A stretch of DNA of 62,292 nt from an uncultured Pirellulaceae bacterium (GTDB lineage Bacteria > Planctomycetota > Planctomycetia > Pirellulales > Pirellulaceae). Under the pieces are notes generated by a model, which made no database searches, was not told where the DNA came from, and saw only the letters and a list, made by a program, of their open reading frames with translations. Made by a program: the position numbers and the translations under genes. Shown here one piece after another: positions 27,301 through 36,673 of the stretch (positions are counted from its first letter, which is position 1; every line of letters begins with the position of its first letter). The stretch lies in contig CAZLFF010000009.1 in assembly GCA_964558755.1 (NCBI GenBank), forward strand, positions 1-62,292, read 5' to 3'.

Positions 27301-30300
27301 CAACCTTGCACTTCAAAAGTCCGAACCCACAGATTGATTTCGCCAACAGCCCGTTCTACGTCAACGATAGACTCACGCCGTGGAAGCGCGGTGACCAACG
27401 ACGCTTGGCGGGCGTTAGCTCCTTCGGTGTCGGCGGCACGAATGCACACGTGTTGCTCGAAGAAGCTCCGGCAATCGAGCCCGCTGCAGCAACCGATCGA
27501 ATCGGGAATCTTCCGGTTGCGGTTTTGCCAGTTTCTGCAAAAACACAACCGGCCCTCGACGCCAACGTGGCCGAATTGGCATCGGCGCTTCAGCAAGATC
27601 CCAATGCTGACTTGCACCAAATTGCCAGCACGTTGCAGCTTGGCCGCGATGAGTTCGCTTACCGCGCGGCAATTGTTGCCGACTCGTTGGAGGACGCAGC
27701 CGCAACGTTGGCTGATCGCAAACCACCTCGCTTCATGAAGCGAAAATCTTCAGCCGCCGCACGCGATGTGGTGTTCATGTTCCCCGGGCAAGGTTCTCAG
27801 TACGTGCGGATGGGGCAGAATCTTTACGAGCACTCCAGCGTGTTCCGTGAGCACTTGGATCGCTGCGCCGAAATTCTGATTCCGCTGTTGGGGCGCGATC
27901 TGCGAGACGTCTTGTTCCCGGCCTCTGGTGATGAAGAAGCGTCTAAAGAAATCCTGAAGAACACCCAATTCACTCAGCCGGCCCTGTTTGCATTGGGCTA
28001 CTCGTTGGCAAAAGTTTGGCAAGCGTGGCACGTGACGCCAACCGCATTGATGGGACACTCGATTGGCGAATTTGCGGCTGCCGCCGTGGCGGGCGTGTTC
28101 CGCCTAGAGGACGGTTTGCGAATGATCGCCGAGCGTGGTCGCGCGATGCAGGCGTTGCCGGGCGGGAGCATGATGAGCGTTCGTATGCCGGGCGCGGAAG
28201 TCGAACCACTGCTGTGGGGCGACATGGCCATCGGTTCATTTAATGGACCCGAACTATGTGTCGTGGCTGGGCCGGACGACCAAGTGAAACAGCTACAAGA
28301 GAAATTAGAAGCGCAAGACATTGTGTGTCGTCACCTGCACACGTCCCACGCCTTCCATTCGCCCATGATGAATGATATCGTCGATCCGTTCGCCGATTTC
28401 GTTGGCCAGTTCGAATTGTCGCCGCCGCAGATCCCGATTCTGTCTACCGTGACGGGCGATTGGATGACGGATGAGCAAGCGACCGACGCCCGCTATTGGG
28501 CTGACCATTTGCGATGCCCCGTTCGCTTTAGCGAAGCCGTGACGCAGATGTGGGACGACGATCCAACGCGAATTCTGATCGAACTTGGACCACGCCGAAC
28601 TTTGGCCACCCTGTCACGTCAGCACGCGACGGACCCGAAAACTCAACTTGCTTTACCGACGCTGTCCGACAATGCGGACGGCAATACGGAATGGAGCAGC
28701 ATGCTATCCGCCGTTGCTCAACTATGGCTGGCCGGCGCGGTGATTGATTGGCGGCGTCTGTCTGCTGATGCCGATCCACGTCCGCAGCAGCCGCACGTTA
28801 CGCTGCCGACTTATGCGTTCCAGCGAAAAAAATACTTTGTTGAACCGGGCCGCCCAACCAAGGTCGCCGCTGTTCAAGCCTCAAATTCACCCGCTATGCA
28901 ATCGGCGATCGCCGAACCTCAGCCGAAACCCTCCGCCGTATTGGAAACTGCTATGAGCCGAACTCCCAACTTGATTTCCGCGATCCAAGACGTCTTTGAG
29001 AACACCTCAGGCTTTGACTTGACGGAGTTCGAAGGTGATACCACCTTCTTTGAGATGGGCTTAGATTCGCTGGTGCTTACTCAAACCGCGACGGCGTTGA
29101 AGAAAGAATTGAACTACGAGGTCACCTTCCGCCAGCTGCTAGAAGAAACCCCAACGGTCGATTCATTGGCCGCGTGGTTGGACGAAGTGTTGCCCGCAGG
29201 TCAATTGGCCGCCACCGCACCCGCTCCTGCCGCCGTGCCCGAATCAACCCCGGCACCAGCCGCTGTGCCCGAGTCCAAGACCTGCGAGGTAGCCGCCGTT
29301 GCGACTCCCGTGACAGCGCCAGCCGTTGCTCCGGTCAGCCAGCCGGCCCCCGCACCGATCGCCGCGCCAGTGCAGGTTGTTTCGCAGATGCAGCCAACGG
29401 TCGGTGGTGACGCGATGCAGACGATTGTGCAAAACCAGCTACAGCTCATGCAGGCTCAACTGCAGTTGCTCGGTGGAAGCAGCCCGGCTCCGGCCAGTTT
29501 GCCCGTCGCGGCGGTCGCCGTGACCGAGTGTGCGACCACTCCAGCGGCTCCCGTTGTTGATGAAGTGTCAGTCGCTGCTCCGGTCGCCGCGTTGCAGGCT
29601 TCGGCCGTCACCGAACCCGAGGTTTCGTCAAAAGAAGAGCCTGCGAAAGCGAAACGGTTTTCCACAGTCAAAACAACCGACGGCGACCTGACGGCCGCCC
29701 AACAAGTGGCTCTCGATCGGATCATTCGTGACAGCAACGCGATGTGGCCTAAGAGCAAAGATTACGCTCAGCAGCATCGAAAGTACATGGCCGACCCGCG
29801 TACGGTTTCTGGGTTTCGTCCGAACATGAAAGAGATGACTCATCCGATCGTCGTTGAGAAATCAAAAGGCGTTCAGTTGTGGGACATCGACGGAAACGAG
29901 TACGTTGATTTCACTTGCGGATTCGGCTCGAACTTGTTGGGGCACACGCACGAAATCACGGTTGCCGCGATTTCGGAGCAAGTGCAAACCGATTACGCGA
30001 TCGGGCCTCAGTCACCGTTGGCTGGCGAAGTCGCTCGGCTGTTCTGTGAAATCACCGGCAACGAACGGATGGCGTTTTCCAATACCGGTTCTGAAGCCGT
30101 GCTCGGTTGCACTCGATTGGCTCGTAACGCCACTGGACGCGATTTGATCGTCATGTTTAACGGCGATTATCACGGAATTCTGGACGAAGTGATCGCTCGC
30201 GGCAGCAAAAAACGTCAAAGCTTCCCCGCTGCGACCGGCATTCCAAAGTCTCATGTTAACAACACGCTGATCTTGGATTATGGAACGCAGGAATCGTTGG

Positions 30301-31187
30301 ACATCATCCGCGAGCGGATGGATGAGATTGCGGCGGTCTTAGTAGAGCCAGTCCAAAGCCGGACCCCCGAATTGCAACCGAAGGCGTTCTTGCAAGAACT
30401 GCGTCGCATGACCGAGGACCAGCCAACGTGCCTGATTTTTGACGAAGTCATTTCTGGTTTGCGAATCGGATTGGGCGGTGCTCAAGAGTATTTCGGTATC
30501 AAGGCTGACCTCGCGTCCTACGGAAAAATCGTCGGCGGCGGTATGCCGATCGGTATTGTGGCCGGTAAGGCCGAGTACATGGACGGCTTTGATGGAGGTT
30601 TCTGGCAGTACGGTGACGACAGTCGCCCTGAGGCCGGGATGACCTACTTTGCGGGGACGTTCGTGCGTCATCCGCTGACGTTGGCCGCATCCAAAGCGAT
30701 TTTGGAACACTTGCAGGCAGGCGGACAGCCAATGTACGACCGCCTGAACAAGGTCAGTCAGTACTTGGCCGACGAGCTTAATCGTGTCTTTGAGGAACTC
30801 GAGGCACCGATGTTCCTAGCGAACTTTGGATCTCTGTTCAAAATTCAGTTCCACCAAGAACTGGTGTACAGCGAGATCTTTTTTGCGGGACTGCGGCGAC
30901 GCGGAATGCACATTTGGGATCACCGCCCTTGCCTGCTGACGTTGGCTCATGATGAATCGCATGTCGATCAACTGGTCGACGCGATGCGAGAGACCATTAT
31001 CGAATGCCAGAGACACGGGTTCATGCCGGGCGAAGGTTATCGCAAGGCCGCGACCGCGTTCGACCCAAACAATCCACCGCAAACCGGTGCCAAAATTGGC
31101 AAGGACGAGCGTGGAAGACCCGGTTGGTTTGTCGCCGACGATCTGAACCCGGGTCAGTACACCCAAGTCGGAATTGCCCAAAACTAG
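24318..31187 (+). CDS. Hybrid NRPS/PKS: A-T-KS-AT-ACP-class III aminotransferase
   Basis: A: YTSGSTGQPKG, YGPTE, YRTGD; T: GGNS; KS: TACSTS, HGT, NIGH; AT: GHSIG, HAFH; ACP: GLDSL; aminotransferase: FDEV, GKIVGGG; TAATG overlap with the PPTase. Confidence 0.95.
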   Translation: MNDVEHIYARLNDEAKTDYPQMSLPALIQQQCDRTPDAIAAMGGDDSQTYAELSRKSDQVAAFLSQQGIGAGDLVGLCCNRDVDTPALLVGIMKSGAGYVPLDPDYPADRLKFMVQDAGLKHVLHHAEQTSLVQQFDVPTTAIESLDDTNAEAPQVEIDIDRDVAYVIYTSGSTGQPKGVLVPHRGVVNMLSSMIQWPGFTSRDRILATTTLSFDISVAEMFLPLIVGGSVAVVDRQTAKDTVALVAAMQKFDVTFMQATPAMWRMIVETDFAGRDGMKFVTAGEPLPRDLIQPLLDRCDELWNLYGPTETTVYSSGTRVQNDIDPILIGVPVANNQVFVVDEDNKLCPAGVAGELLIAGDGMTLGYLNRPELNAEKFTDWNGVRVYRTGDLAKLTSDGQIDHLGRIDHQIKFNGHRIELGEIDAAMAMQPGVRQAATVLREDRPGDIRLVGYLLAKADQTPNVSQIRNEIASQLPDYMVPGTIVVVEEFPHTPSGKLDRKSFPPPSTARPDIGTEFVAPKSDTEKKLAAIWSDVLQLDEVGVQDNFFELGGNSIRAVKVVASAKSQLQIKVTGAEFFDNPTIAALLSLAEKKKSLTDKFRVGSCKGESQNESQTQGNDRATAGQYAVVGMAARMPGAGDVESFWDNLIEQRESIKVFSPEELDETLDPRDTDDPNYVPARGIIEDATEFDARFFRTPPRNAELTCPQQRVMLELAWTALEDAGIIPSNSQSTIGIWAGTYSTSYYIKNLLTNPELVRQTGEFQLGAMNEKDYIATRVAHALNLTGPAINVNTACSTSLVALIEACQSLNAGHCDVALAGGASITFPQNQGHLHQTGSIFTPDGHCRPFDAAGAGTLFSDGAGVVVVKRLADAIADQDRIYAVVKGFGVNNDGGEKASFSAPSISGQAGAIAMAQAMAGVSPEDIGYIEAHGTATPIGDPIEVAALQTVFESQTDRKQFCAIGSVKSNIGHTVAAAGIAGFIKAALSLHHEQIPATLHFKSPNPQIDFANSPFYVNDRLTPWKRGDQRRLAGVSSFGVGGTNAHVLLEEAPAIEPAAATDRIGNLPVAVLPVSAKTQPALDANVAELASALQQDPNADLHQIASTLQLGRDEFAYRAAIVADSLEDAAATLADRKPPRFMKRKSSAAARDVVFMFPGQGSQYVRMGQNLYEHSSVFREHLDRCAEILIPLLGRDLRDVLFPASGDEEASKEILKNTQFTQPALFALGYSLAKVWQAWHVTPTALMGHSIGEFAAAAVAGVFRLEDGLRMIAERGRAMQALPGGSMMSVRMPGAEVEPLLWGDMAIGSFNGPELCVVAGPDDQVKQLQEKLEAQDIVCRHLHTSHAFHSPMMNDIVDPFADFVGQFELSPPQIPILSTVTGDWMTDEQATDARYWADHLRCPVRFSEAVTQMWDDDPTRILIELGPRRTLATLSRQHATDPKTQLALPTLSDNADGNTEWSSMLSAVAQLWLAGAVIDWRRLSADADPRPQQPHVTLPTYAFQRKKYFVEPGRPTKVAAVQASNSPAMQSAIAEPQPKPSAVLETAMSRTPNLISAIQDVFENTSGFDLTEFEGDTTFFEMGLDSLVLTQTATALKKELNYEVTFRQLLEETPTVDSLAAWLDEVLPAGQLAATAPAPAAVPESTPAPAAVPESKTCEVAAVATPVTAPAVAPVSQPAPAPIAAPVQVVSQMQPTVGGDAMQTIVQNQLQLMQAQLQLLGGSSPAPASLPVAAVAVTECATTPAAPVVDEVSVAAPVAALQASAVTEPEVSSKEEPAKAKRFSTVKTTDGDLTAAQQVALDRIIRDSNAMWPKSKDYAQQHRKYMADPRTVSGFRPNMKEMTHPIVVEKSKGVQLWDIDGNEYVDFTCGFGSNLLGHTHEITVAAISEQVQTDYAIGPQSPLAGEVARLFCEITGNERMAFSNTGSEAVLGCTRLARNATGRDLIVMFNGDYHGILDEVIARGSKKRQSFPAATGIPKSHVNNTLILDYGTQESLDIIRERMDEIAAVLVEPVQSRTPELQPKAFLQELRRMTEDQPTCLIFDEVISGLRIGLGGAQEYFGIKADLASYGKIVGGGMPIGIVAGKAEYMDGFDGGFWQYGDDSRPEAGMTYFAGTFVRHPLTLAASKAILEHLQAGGQPMYDRLNKVSQYLADELNRVFEELEAPMFLANFGSLFKIQFHQELVYSEIFFAGLRRRGMHIWDHRPCLLTLAHDESHVDQLVDAMRETIIECQRHGFMPGEGYRKAATAFDPNNPPQTGAKIGKDERGRPGWFVADDLNPGQYTQVGIAQN

Positions 31188-31239
31188 TCTGTACACAATC
31201 CCCTCCCATTCTGCGCTGACCTCATCCTCTGGAGCCATC

Positions 31240-34200
31240 GTGAACTCATCGAACACGCTCGCAAACCTATCCGAAATTCCACTCGCCGTTGGTGCGACCA
31301 GCGACGCTGTGACCCGTTACGCAGCCGCCGAAGCGCAGCTCGAAGTCTGGCTTTCGAGTCAGCAAAGTATCGAAGCTAGCTGTGCGTATAACGAGATTAG
31401 CTCGTTGATGATTTCAGGTTCACTTAACACCGATCGTCTAAAGAAAGCAATCAATCAGGTCGTCAATCGGCACGAAATGCTCAGGTCAACGCTCAGTGCT
31501 GATGGACGCGAGGTGATTGTCCGTCCGCAGGGCGAATTCGGATTCGAGGAAAAGGATTTTTCCGGTGACTTGCCCGACGGTGTCGAGGAAGCACTGTCCT
31601 CAGTTGTGCACCAGCAGGCGACGACGCCGTTCGATTTGGTGAACGGACCGCTTTTGCGCTGCGTCCTGCAGAAGGTCTCCGCAACCCAGCACAAACTAAC
31701 GTTTGCAGCCCATCACTTGGTGCTGGACGGCTGGTCGTTGGCAGTTTTCTGTCAGGATCTCGGTCACTTTTACGACACCGCCGGTGGCGTGAATCGCGAA
31801 CAACTACCCGCGGTCAATTCTTACCGCGACTACGCAGCTAAGATTGACCAGTACCTTAGCTCAGACTCGGGCCAAGCCGACGAAGCGTTTTGGGTTGAGC
31901 AGTTTTCATCAAATGGGCAGACTGATATTCCGGTCTTAGATCTGCCAACCGAGAACCCTCGTCCTGCCTTGCGAACGTACGAGGGCCGACGTTTCGATCA
32001 TTTGCTCAGCACCGATCTAGTTGAAAAGGTGCGAAAGATGGGCGCGAAAAGTGGATGCAGTCTGTTCAACACCATGCTCGCAGCCTTCAATGCGTATCTA
32101 GCACGGATTAGCGGGACGGATGATTTTTGTGTCGGCATTCCAAGCGCTGGGCAAGCTGCGATGGACCAGCCGGAACTGATCGGCCACTGTGTCAACACGA
32201 TGCCACTGCGAACACGAATCGACACGAGCCAGGCCTTTGTCGCCTATTTGAAATCCTGCCGCAGTCAGTTGCTGGACGCGTTCGAGCACCAGCGCTACAG
32301 CTATGGAACGTTGTTGCGAAAACTCGCACCGCCCCGCGACCCGTCTCGACCGCCGATGCTGAGTGTTTCGTTCAATGTTGACCCGATGATTGAGCGTGAC
32401 AAGTTGGGTTTCGCTGGCTTGGACGTTGAAGTGGTCATCGAACCGCGTAGCTTTGAGAACTTTGAGTGGTTCGTCAATGGCGTGATCTTGGCGGACAAGT
32501 CGATCGAGATGCAGGTGCAGTACAACAGCAATCTGTACAGCAAACAATCGATCCGCTTCTACCTAGAAGGCTTCGAGGCTTTCTTGGCAGAACTCGCTAC
32601 CGACCCAACCCAGAAAATTGTCGACACGCATTTGATGAGCATCGCTCAGCGTCAGCAGGCGATCGTGGATTGGAATCGAACGGAGCTCGAATACCCAACC
32701 GAAAGCACTTTGCACGCCGAGTTTTCGCGTCAATGCTTGGCGACGCCCGATAAAACGGCTGTCGTTTTCGGAGACGCCTCGCTAACCTACGCGCAGGTCG
32801 AATCGCGTAGTAACCAAATCGCCCGGCATTTGCAGGCCTCAGGCATTGGTGCGGGCGACCTGATCGGGATCTGTGTTGAGCGAAGCGAGCGAATGCTGGT
32901 TTACCTTTACGGGATCTTAAAATCCGGCGCTGGCTACGTGCCGCTCGACCCGGCCTATCCCAGCGATCGACTGCAATACATGTGCGATCACTCGGGTCTC
33001 AAACTGATCGTTACCGAAAGCGAATTAGCCAATCGCGTGGCCCAGTTTAACAAGCCGCAGATTGCCATCGACGACGCGTCCGACGCGATTGACCAGCTGG
33101 ATTCAAGCTCGGTCGAATCGCAGGTTGACCCGGCCAGCATTTGCTACGTGATCTACACATCGGGCTCGACGGGCAAGCCGAAGGGCGTCCAAGTTCCGCA
33201 CGGTCCGGTCGTCAACTTCTTATACGCGATGCAGGAAACACCCGGGTTTAGCGAAACCGATTCCGTGCTGGCGGTGACGACGCTGTCGTTCGATATCGCG
33301 GTGCTGGAGCTGTACCTGCCCACGATCTCTGGCGGTCAAGTCGTGATCTTAGACAGCTTGACTGCCGCCGACGGAGCGAAACTGGCCCAGCAATTGGTCA
33401 CGCACGATATTTCTCTGTTGCAGGCGACGCCCGCGACATGGCGGCTGATGCTGCAAGCTGGCTGGGAAGGAAAAAAAGACCTGAAAGTGCTCTGCGGCGG
33501 TGAGCCCATGCCGCAGGATTTGGTCGCGCCGCTGCTTGAGCGGTGTGGTGAACTTTGGAACATGTACGGACCGACGGAAACGACCGTTTGGTCGGCCGCC
33601 TACCAAATTACCAGCCCGACGGCTCCGATTTTGATCGGACGTCCGGTTGGCAACACGCAAATTTACTTGCTGGATGACCATGGCCGCGAGGTTCCCGTCG
33701 GTTGCGAAGGCGAAGTCTACATCGGTGGCGCGGGCGTTACGTTGGGCTATCGGCACCAGGCCGATCAAACCGCCGAACGTTTCGTTTCAAACCGGTACCG
33801 CAATCCGTTTGTCGATTACGTCAGCGATCGGTTGTACAAAACCGGTGACTTGGCAAAGAACCCGTTCGCCGGCACCCTGAAATTTTTGCGGCGAAATGAT
33901 AAGCAGGTAAAGGTCCGCGGTTTTCGAATTGAGTTGGGCGAGATCGAGCAAAATCTGAAACGACACGACTCAATTGAGCAAACGGTCGTCATCGTTCGCG
34001 AGGACACGGCCGGTGACGCTCGTTTGGTGGCCTACATGGTCCCCAAAAACGGCCAAACGATCGCCGACAATGCGTTGCGTGATCACCTGAAGCAATCGCT
34101 GCCTTACTACATGGTGCCGCAGCATTTTGTGACGCTTGAATCGATGCCACAGACGAACAACGGCAAGATTGATTACCGAGCCCTCCCCGCGCCGGTCGTG

Positions 34201-34626
34201 GAAGCGGCGCCGAAGGCAGGTTCGGTTGAACTTGCGATGCCCGAAACGCAGGCCGAGAAATACTTGGCCGGCGTGTGGGAGCAAGTCCTCGAGATCGAGG
34301 ACGTCGAGCGTAACGATTTGTTCTTTGACATCGGCGGTCATTCGTTGCTGGTCATGCAAGTCATCACTACCGTTCATGAAAAGACAGGCATCAAACTGGG
34401 GCCGCAAGATTTCTTGATCGCAACTTTGGAGCAGATGGCCGGCAAGATCGAGCCATCGCATGCCTTTCAATCCGTCCAAAAACCGTCGGTAACAGCCGAG
34501 CCAGTCGCGACGGCACCCCCAATCGCGGCCGCTCCATCTGCCAACAGTGAGCAATCGAAACCGCTCGCCGATCCCAAGCCCGAAAAACGATCCGGCTTCC
34601 GCAAGTTAACCGGCTTTTGGAACTAA
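31240..34626 (+). CDS. NRPS module C-A-T without thioesterase (A domain predicted Gly-specific)
   Basis: HHLVLDGWS, YTSGSTGKPKG, YGPTETT, YKTGD, GGHSL; GGAG RBS before GTG 31240. Confidence 0.93.
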   Translation: MNSSNTLANLSEIPLAVGATSDAVTRYAAAEAQLEVWLSSQQSIEASCAYNEISSLMISGSLNTDRLKKAINQVVNRHEMLRSTLSADGREVIVRPQGEFGFEEKDFSGDLPDGVEEALSSVVHQQATTPFDLVNGPLLRCVLQKVSATQHKLTFAAHHLVLDGWSLAVFCQDLGHFYDTAGGVNREQLPAVNSYRDYAAKIDQYLSSDSGQADEAFWVEQFSSNGQTDIPVLDLPTENPRPALRTYEGRRFDHLLSTDLVEKVRKMGAKSGCSLFNTMLAAFNAYLARISGTDDFCVGIPSAGQAAMDQPELIGHCVNTMPLRTRIDTSQAFVAYLKSCRSQLLDAFEHQRYSYGTLLRKLAPPRDPSRPPMLSVSFNVDPMIERDKLGFAGLDVEVVIEPRSFENFEWFVNGVILADKSIEMQVQYNSNLYSKQSIRFYLEGFEAFLAELATDPTQKIVDTHLMSIAQRQQAIVDWNRTELEYPTESTLHAEFSRQCLATPDKTAVVFGDASLTYAQVESRSNQIARHLQASGIGAGDLIGICVERSERMLVYLYGILKSGAGYVPLDPAYPSDRLQYMCDHSGLKLIVTESELANRVAQFNKPQIAIDDASDAIDQLDSSSVESQVDPASICYVIYTSGSTGKPKGVQVPHGPVVNFLYAMQETPGFSETDSVLAVTTLSFDIAVLELYLPTISGGQVVILDSLTAADGAKLAQQLVTHDISLLQATPATWRLMLQAGWEGKKDLKVLCGGEPMPQDLVAPLLERCGELWNMYGPTETTVWSAAYQITSPTAPILIGRPVGNTQIYLLDDHGREVPVGCEGEVYIGGAGVTLGYRHQADQTAERFVSNRYRNPFVDYVSDRLYKTGDLAKNPFAGTLKFLRRNDKQVKVRGFRIELGEIEQNLKRHDSIEQTVVIVREDTAGDARLVAYMVPKNGQTIADNALRDHLKQSLPYYMVPQHFVTLESMPQTNNGKIDYRALPAPVVEAAPKAGSVELAMPETQAEKYLAGVWEQVLEIEDVERNDLFFDIGGHSLLVMQVITTVHEKTGIKLGPQDFLIATLEQMAGKIEPSHAFQSVQKPSVTAEPVATAPPIAAAPSANSEQSKPLADPKPEKRSGFRKLTGFWN

Positions 34627-34638
34627 CCACTTAGAAAT

Positions 34639-34662
34639 CCTGAACCCTGAACCCTAAAACCT
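34639..34662. repeat. Heptamer tandem repeat
   Basis: CCTGAAC CCTGAAC CCTAAAA CCT just before ATG 34669. Confidence 0.6.
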
Positions 34663-34668
34663 TCTCTC

Positions 34669-35508
34669 ATGCAGCAATTCTTTGGACATCCCGAATCACC
34701 GCTCTTTGGCGTCTACCACGCGCCACGGGGTGGGCGTGCGTCTGCTGGGCGAGCGGTTTTGATTTGTCCACCGATTGGGCAAGAGTACGTTCGTACTCAC
34801 TGGTGCTTAAGATTGTTAGCCAACCAAATCGCGCGCGGCGGTGCTCATGTGCTGCGGTTGGACTACCACGGGTTGGGAGACTCGGCAGGCCGAGTCGATC
34901 AGGTGGACTCGCTGGAAGTATGGCGACGCAACGTGCGGGCCGGGATCGAGCAGCTAAAAAGCTTAGCCGATGTCGATACCGTGATGCTGATCGGGCAACG
35001 GTTGGGCGGGACGCTTGCCGCCGACGTGGCGACCCAAAGTCCTGACGTCAACAGCGTGGTCTTGTGGGAGCCGGTTCTCGACGGAGCCGTTTACCTCGAT
35101 GCCCTTCGCACGATGCACGCTCGGATGTTGGATCTGTGGGTGTGCAAAATGCAGACGCCCGACGACGACTCTCGCGAGGAAATTCTCGGCTCGATGTACG
35201 CCCGGTCGCTACTCGCTGAAATCGAGGCCGTTCGCTTGGACGTGGGCCAAATTCCGCAGCCGCAATTGGTCGTCGAAACTGAAGGCAGTCAGCGTGGCCT
35301 CGACCACGTTGAGCCGTCGCTTCAGAAAATTATTTATGACAAACGGGAGCCATCGTGGAGCGATTTGCGGGAACTGGAATCCGCATATTTGCGTCCGGCG
35401 ATCAGTCGCCAGATCGTCAAACGCGTGAACGACATGTTTGGCCGGCTGGAGCAATTTAACGCGCTGTCGTTGCCCACCGAATCGGTTTCCCACGAGGTGA
35501 ACGCATGA
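34669..35508 (+). CDS. Alpha/beta-hydrolase fold protein, exosortase-system hydrolase-2-like, no Ser nucleophile
   Basis: LFGVYH.P, CPPIGQE, RLDYHGLGDS, GQRLGG elbow, LWEPV. Confidence 0.8.
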   Translation: MQQFFGHPESPLFGVYHAPRGGRASAGRAVLICPPIGQEYVRTHWCLRLLANQIARGGAHVLRLDYHGLGDSAGRVDQVDSLEVWRRNVRAGIEQLKSLADVDTVMLIGQRLGGTLAADVATQSPDVNSVVLWEPVLDGAVYLDALRTMHARMLDLWVCKMQTPDDDSREEILGSMYARSLLAEIEAVRLDVGQIPQPQLVVETEGSQRGLDHVEPSLQKIIYDKREPSWSDLRELESAYLRPAISRQIVKRVNDMFGRLEQFNALSLPTESVSHEVNA

Positions 35509-36359
35509 AAGAACAAGTTTGCAATTTCGGCAAAGACGGACACCTGTTCGGAATCTTAACCACGCCCGACGAAGACGTTCGCGTTGCTGACGCTCCGATC
35601 GCGTTGATTCTGAACGCGGGCATCGTCCATCGCGTTGGGCCGTTTCGCATGAACGTTGATATCGCACGCCAGTTGGCCCAGCTGGGTTACTCGACGCTGC
35701 GGATGGATTTGTCGGGGTTGGGCGATAGTGGCCCGCGAACCGGAAAGTTAGAACTGGAAAACCGCGCGGAACTTGATGCGGCCGATGCGATGACCTATTT
35801 GGAAACCGAAACCGGCACGCGTGAGTTCGTGATCGTCGGCCTCTGCAGCGGCGCATATAACGCTCATTGTGTTTCGGTGAAAGACGATCGAGTCGTCGGA
35901 GCGGTGTTCATGGACGGGATTGTGTTTCGTACGCTCGGTTTCTTTCTTCGTCATCACGTCGCCCGAGTCTTTCGTCCCCGATTTTGGCGAAACGCAATCA
36001 AGCGTCGTTGGCAGCAGCGACCGATCGGGCCGACCGAAGCCGATGGAAACGCGTTAGCAGAGAGTGAGTTCTTTGGCGAAGACTTAAACAAAGACAAGAT
36101 CATCGACGACCTGACGCGGTTGGTTGATCGCGGTGTGCAGATGCTGTTCTTGTACACCGACGGTTACGACGACATTTGCGGACGGTCTCAGTTTCGCGAG
36201 ATGTACGGTTTGCGGCCCGACGACGGGCAGTTGCAGGTCGAATATTATCCGAAATCGGAGCACACGTTTCGGCTAACGGAAAATCGCAAAGCCGCCTGCG
36301 ACCGCGTCGCGCGTTGGTTCGAAGGACGATTCGCAAAAGAGTACGCCCAAACATCGTAG
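35505..36359 (+). CDS. Alpha/beta-hydrolase fold protein, exosortase-system hydrolase-1-like, Cys at the elbow
   Basis: LNAG..HRVGP.R, RMDLSGLGDS, GLCSGA, EHTF; ATGA overlap with the upstream hydrolase. Confidence 0.8.
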   Translation: MKEQVCNFGKDGHLFGILTTPDEDVRVADAPIALILNAGIVHRVGPFRMNVDIARQLAQLGYSTLRMDLSGLGDSGPRTGKLELENRAELDAADAMTYLETETGTREFVIVGLCSGAYNAHCVSVKDDRVVGAVFMDGIVFRTLGFFLRHHVARVFRPRFWRNAIKRRWQQRPIGPTEADGNALAESEFFGEDLNKDKIIDDLTRLVDRGVQMLFLYTDGYDDICGRSQFREMYGLRPDDGQLQVEYYPKSEHTFRLTENRKAACDRVARWFEGRFAKEYAQTS

Positions 36360-36673
36360 TTCACTGTCTAAAACTCGCCTGTGTCGTGAACTGGTTGCGT
36401 CCGGGTTTGTCTCGCTCTTTTGGCTGTCCTAGCCGATCAAGAATCGAGCCTTTGATGTGTCCTTCAGCACTGTCTTGAGGTTCGTCTTTTGAGTCGGTGC
36501 GTGCTACGCCGTGCGGTAGGCGACAGCGATAATCGTTCTCTGATTTAGGGAGCAGTTTTGCCTCGGCTACATCACGCGGAGCGGTGATGACGACATTGTA
36601 CCCATCACATTCCATGTGATGCCGCGGAGCCAACCGGCTACTCACTCCCATCAGTCAACTTTTCCATCACGGA

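Noticed and set aside
29218-29280. Duplicated PAPAAVPES unit in the hybrid synthase
   Set aside because: An ordinary Pro/Ala-rich interdomain linker
31174-31240. Possible frameshift joining the two NRPS/PKS genes
   Set aside because: The first gene has a distinct C-terminal tail and the second has its own GGAG RBS and GTG start
36361-36651. 96-aa minus-strand ORF after ygiQ
   Set aside because: No recognisable motif or RBS; not supportable as a gene
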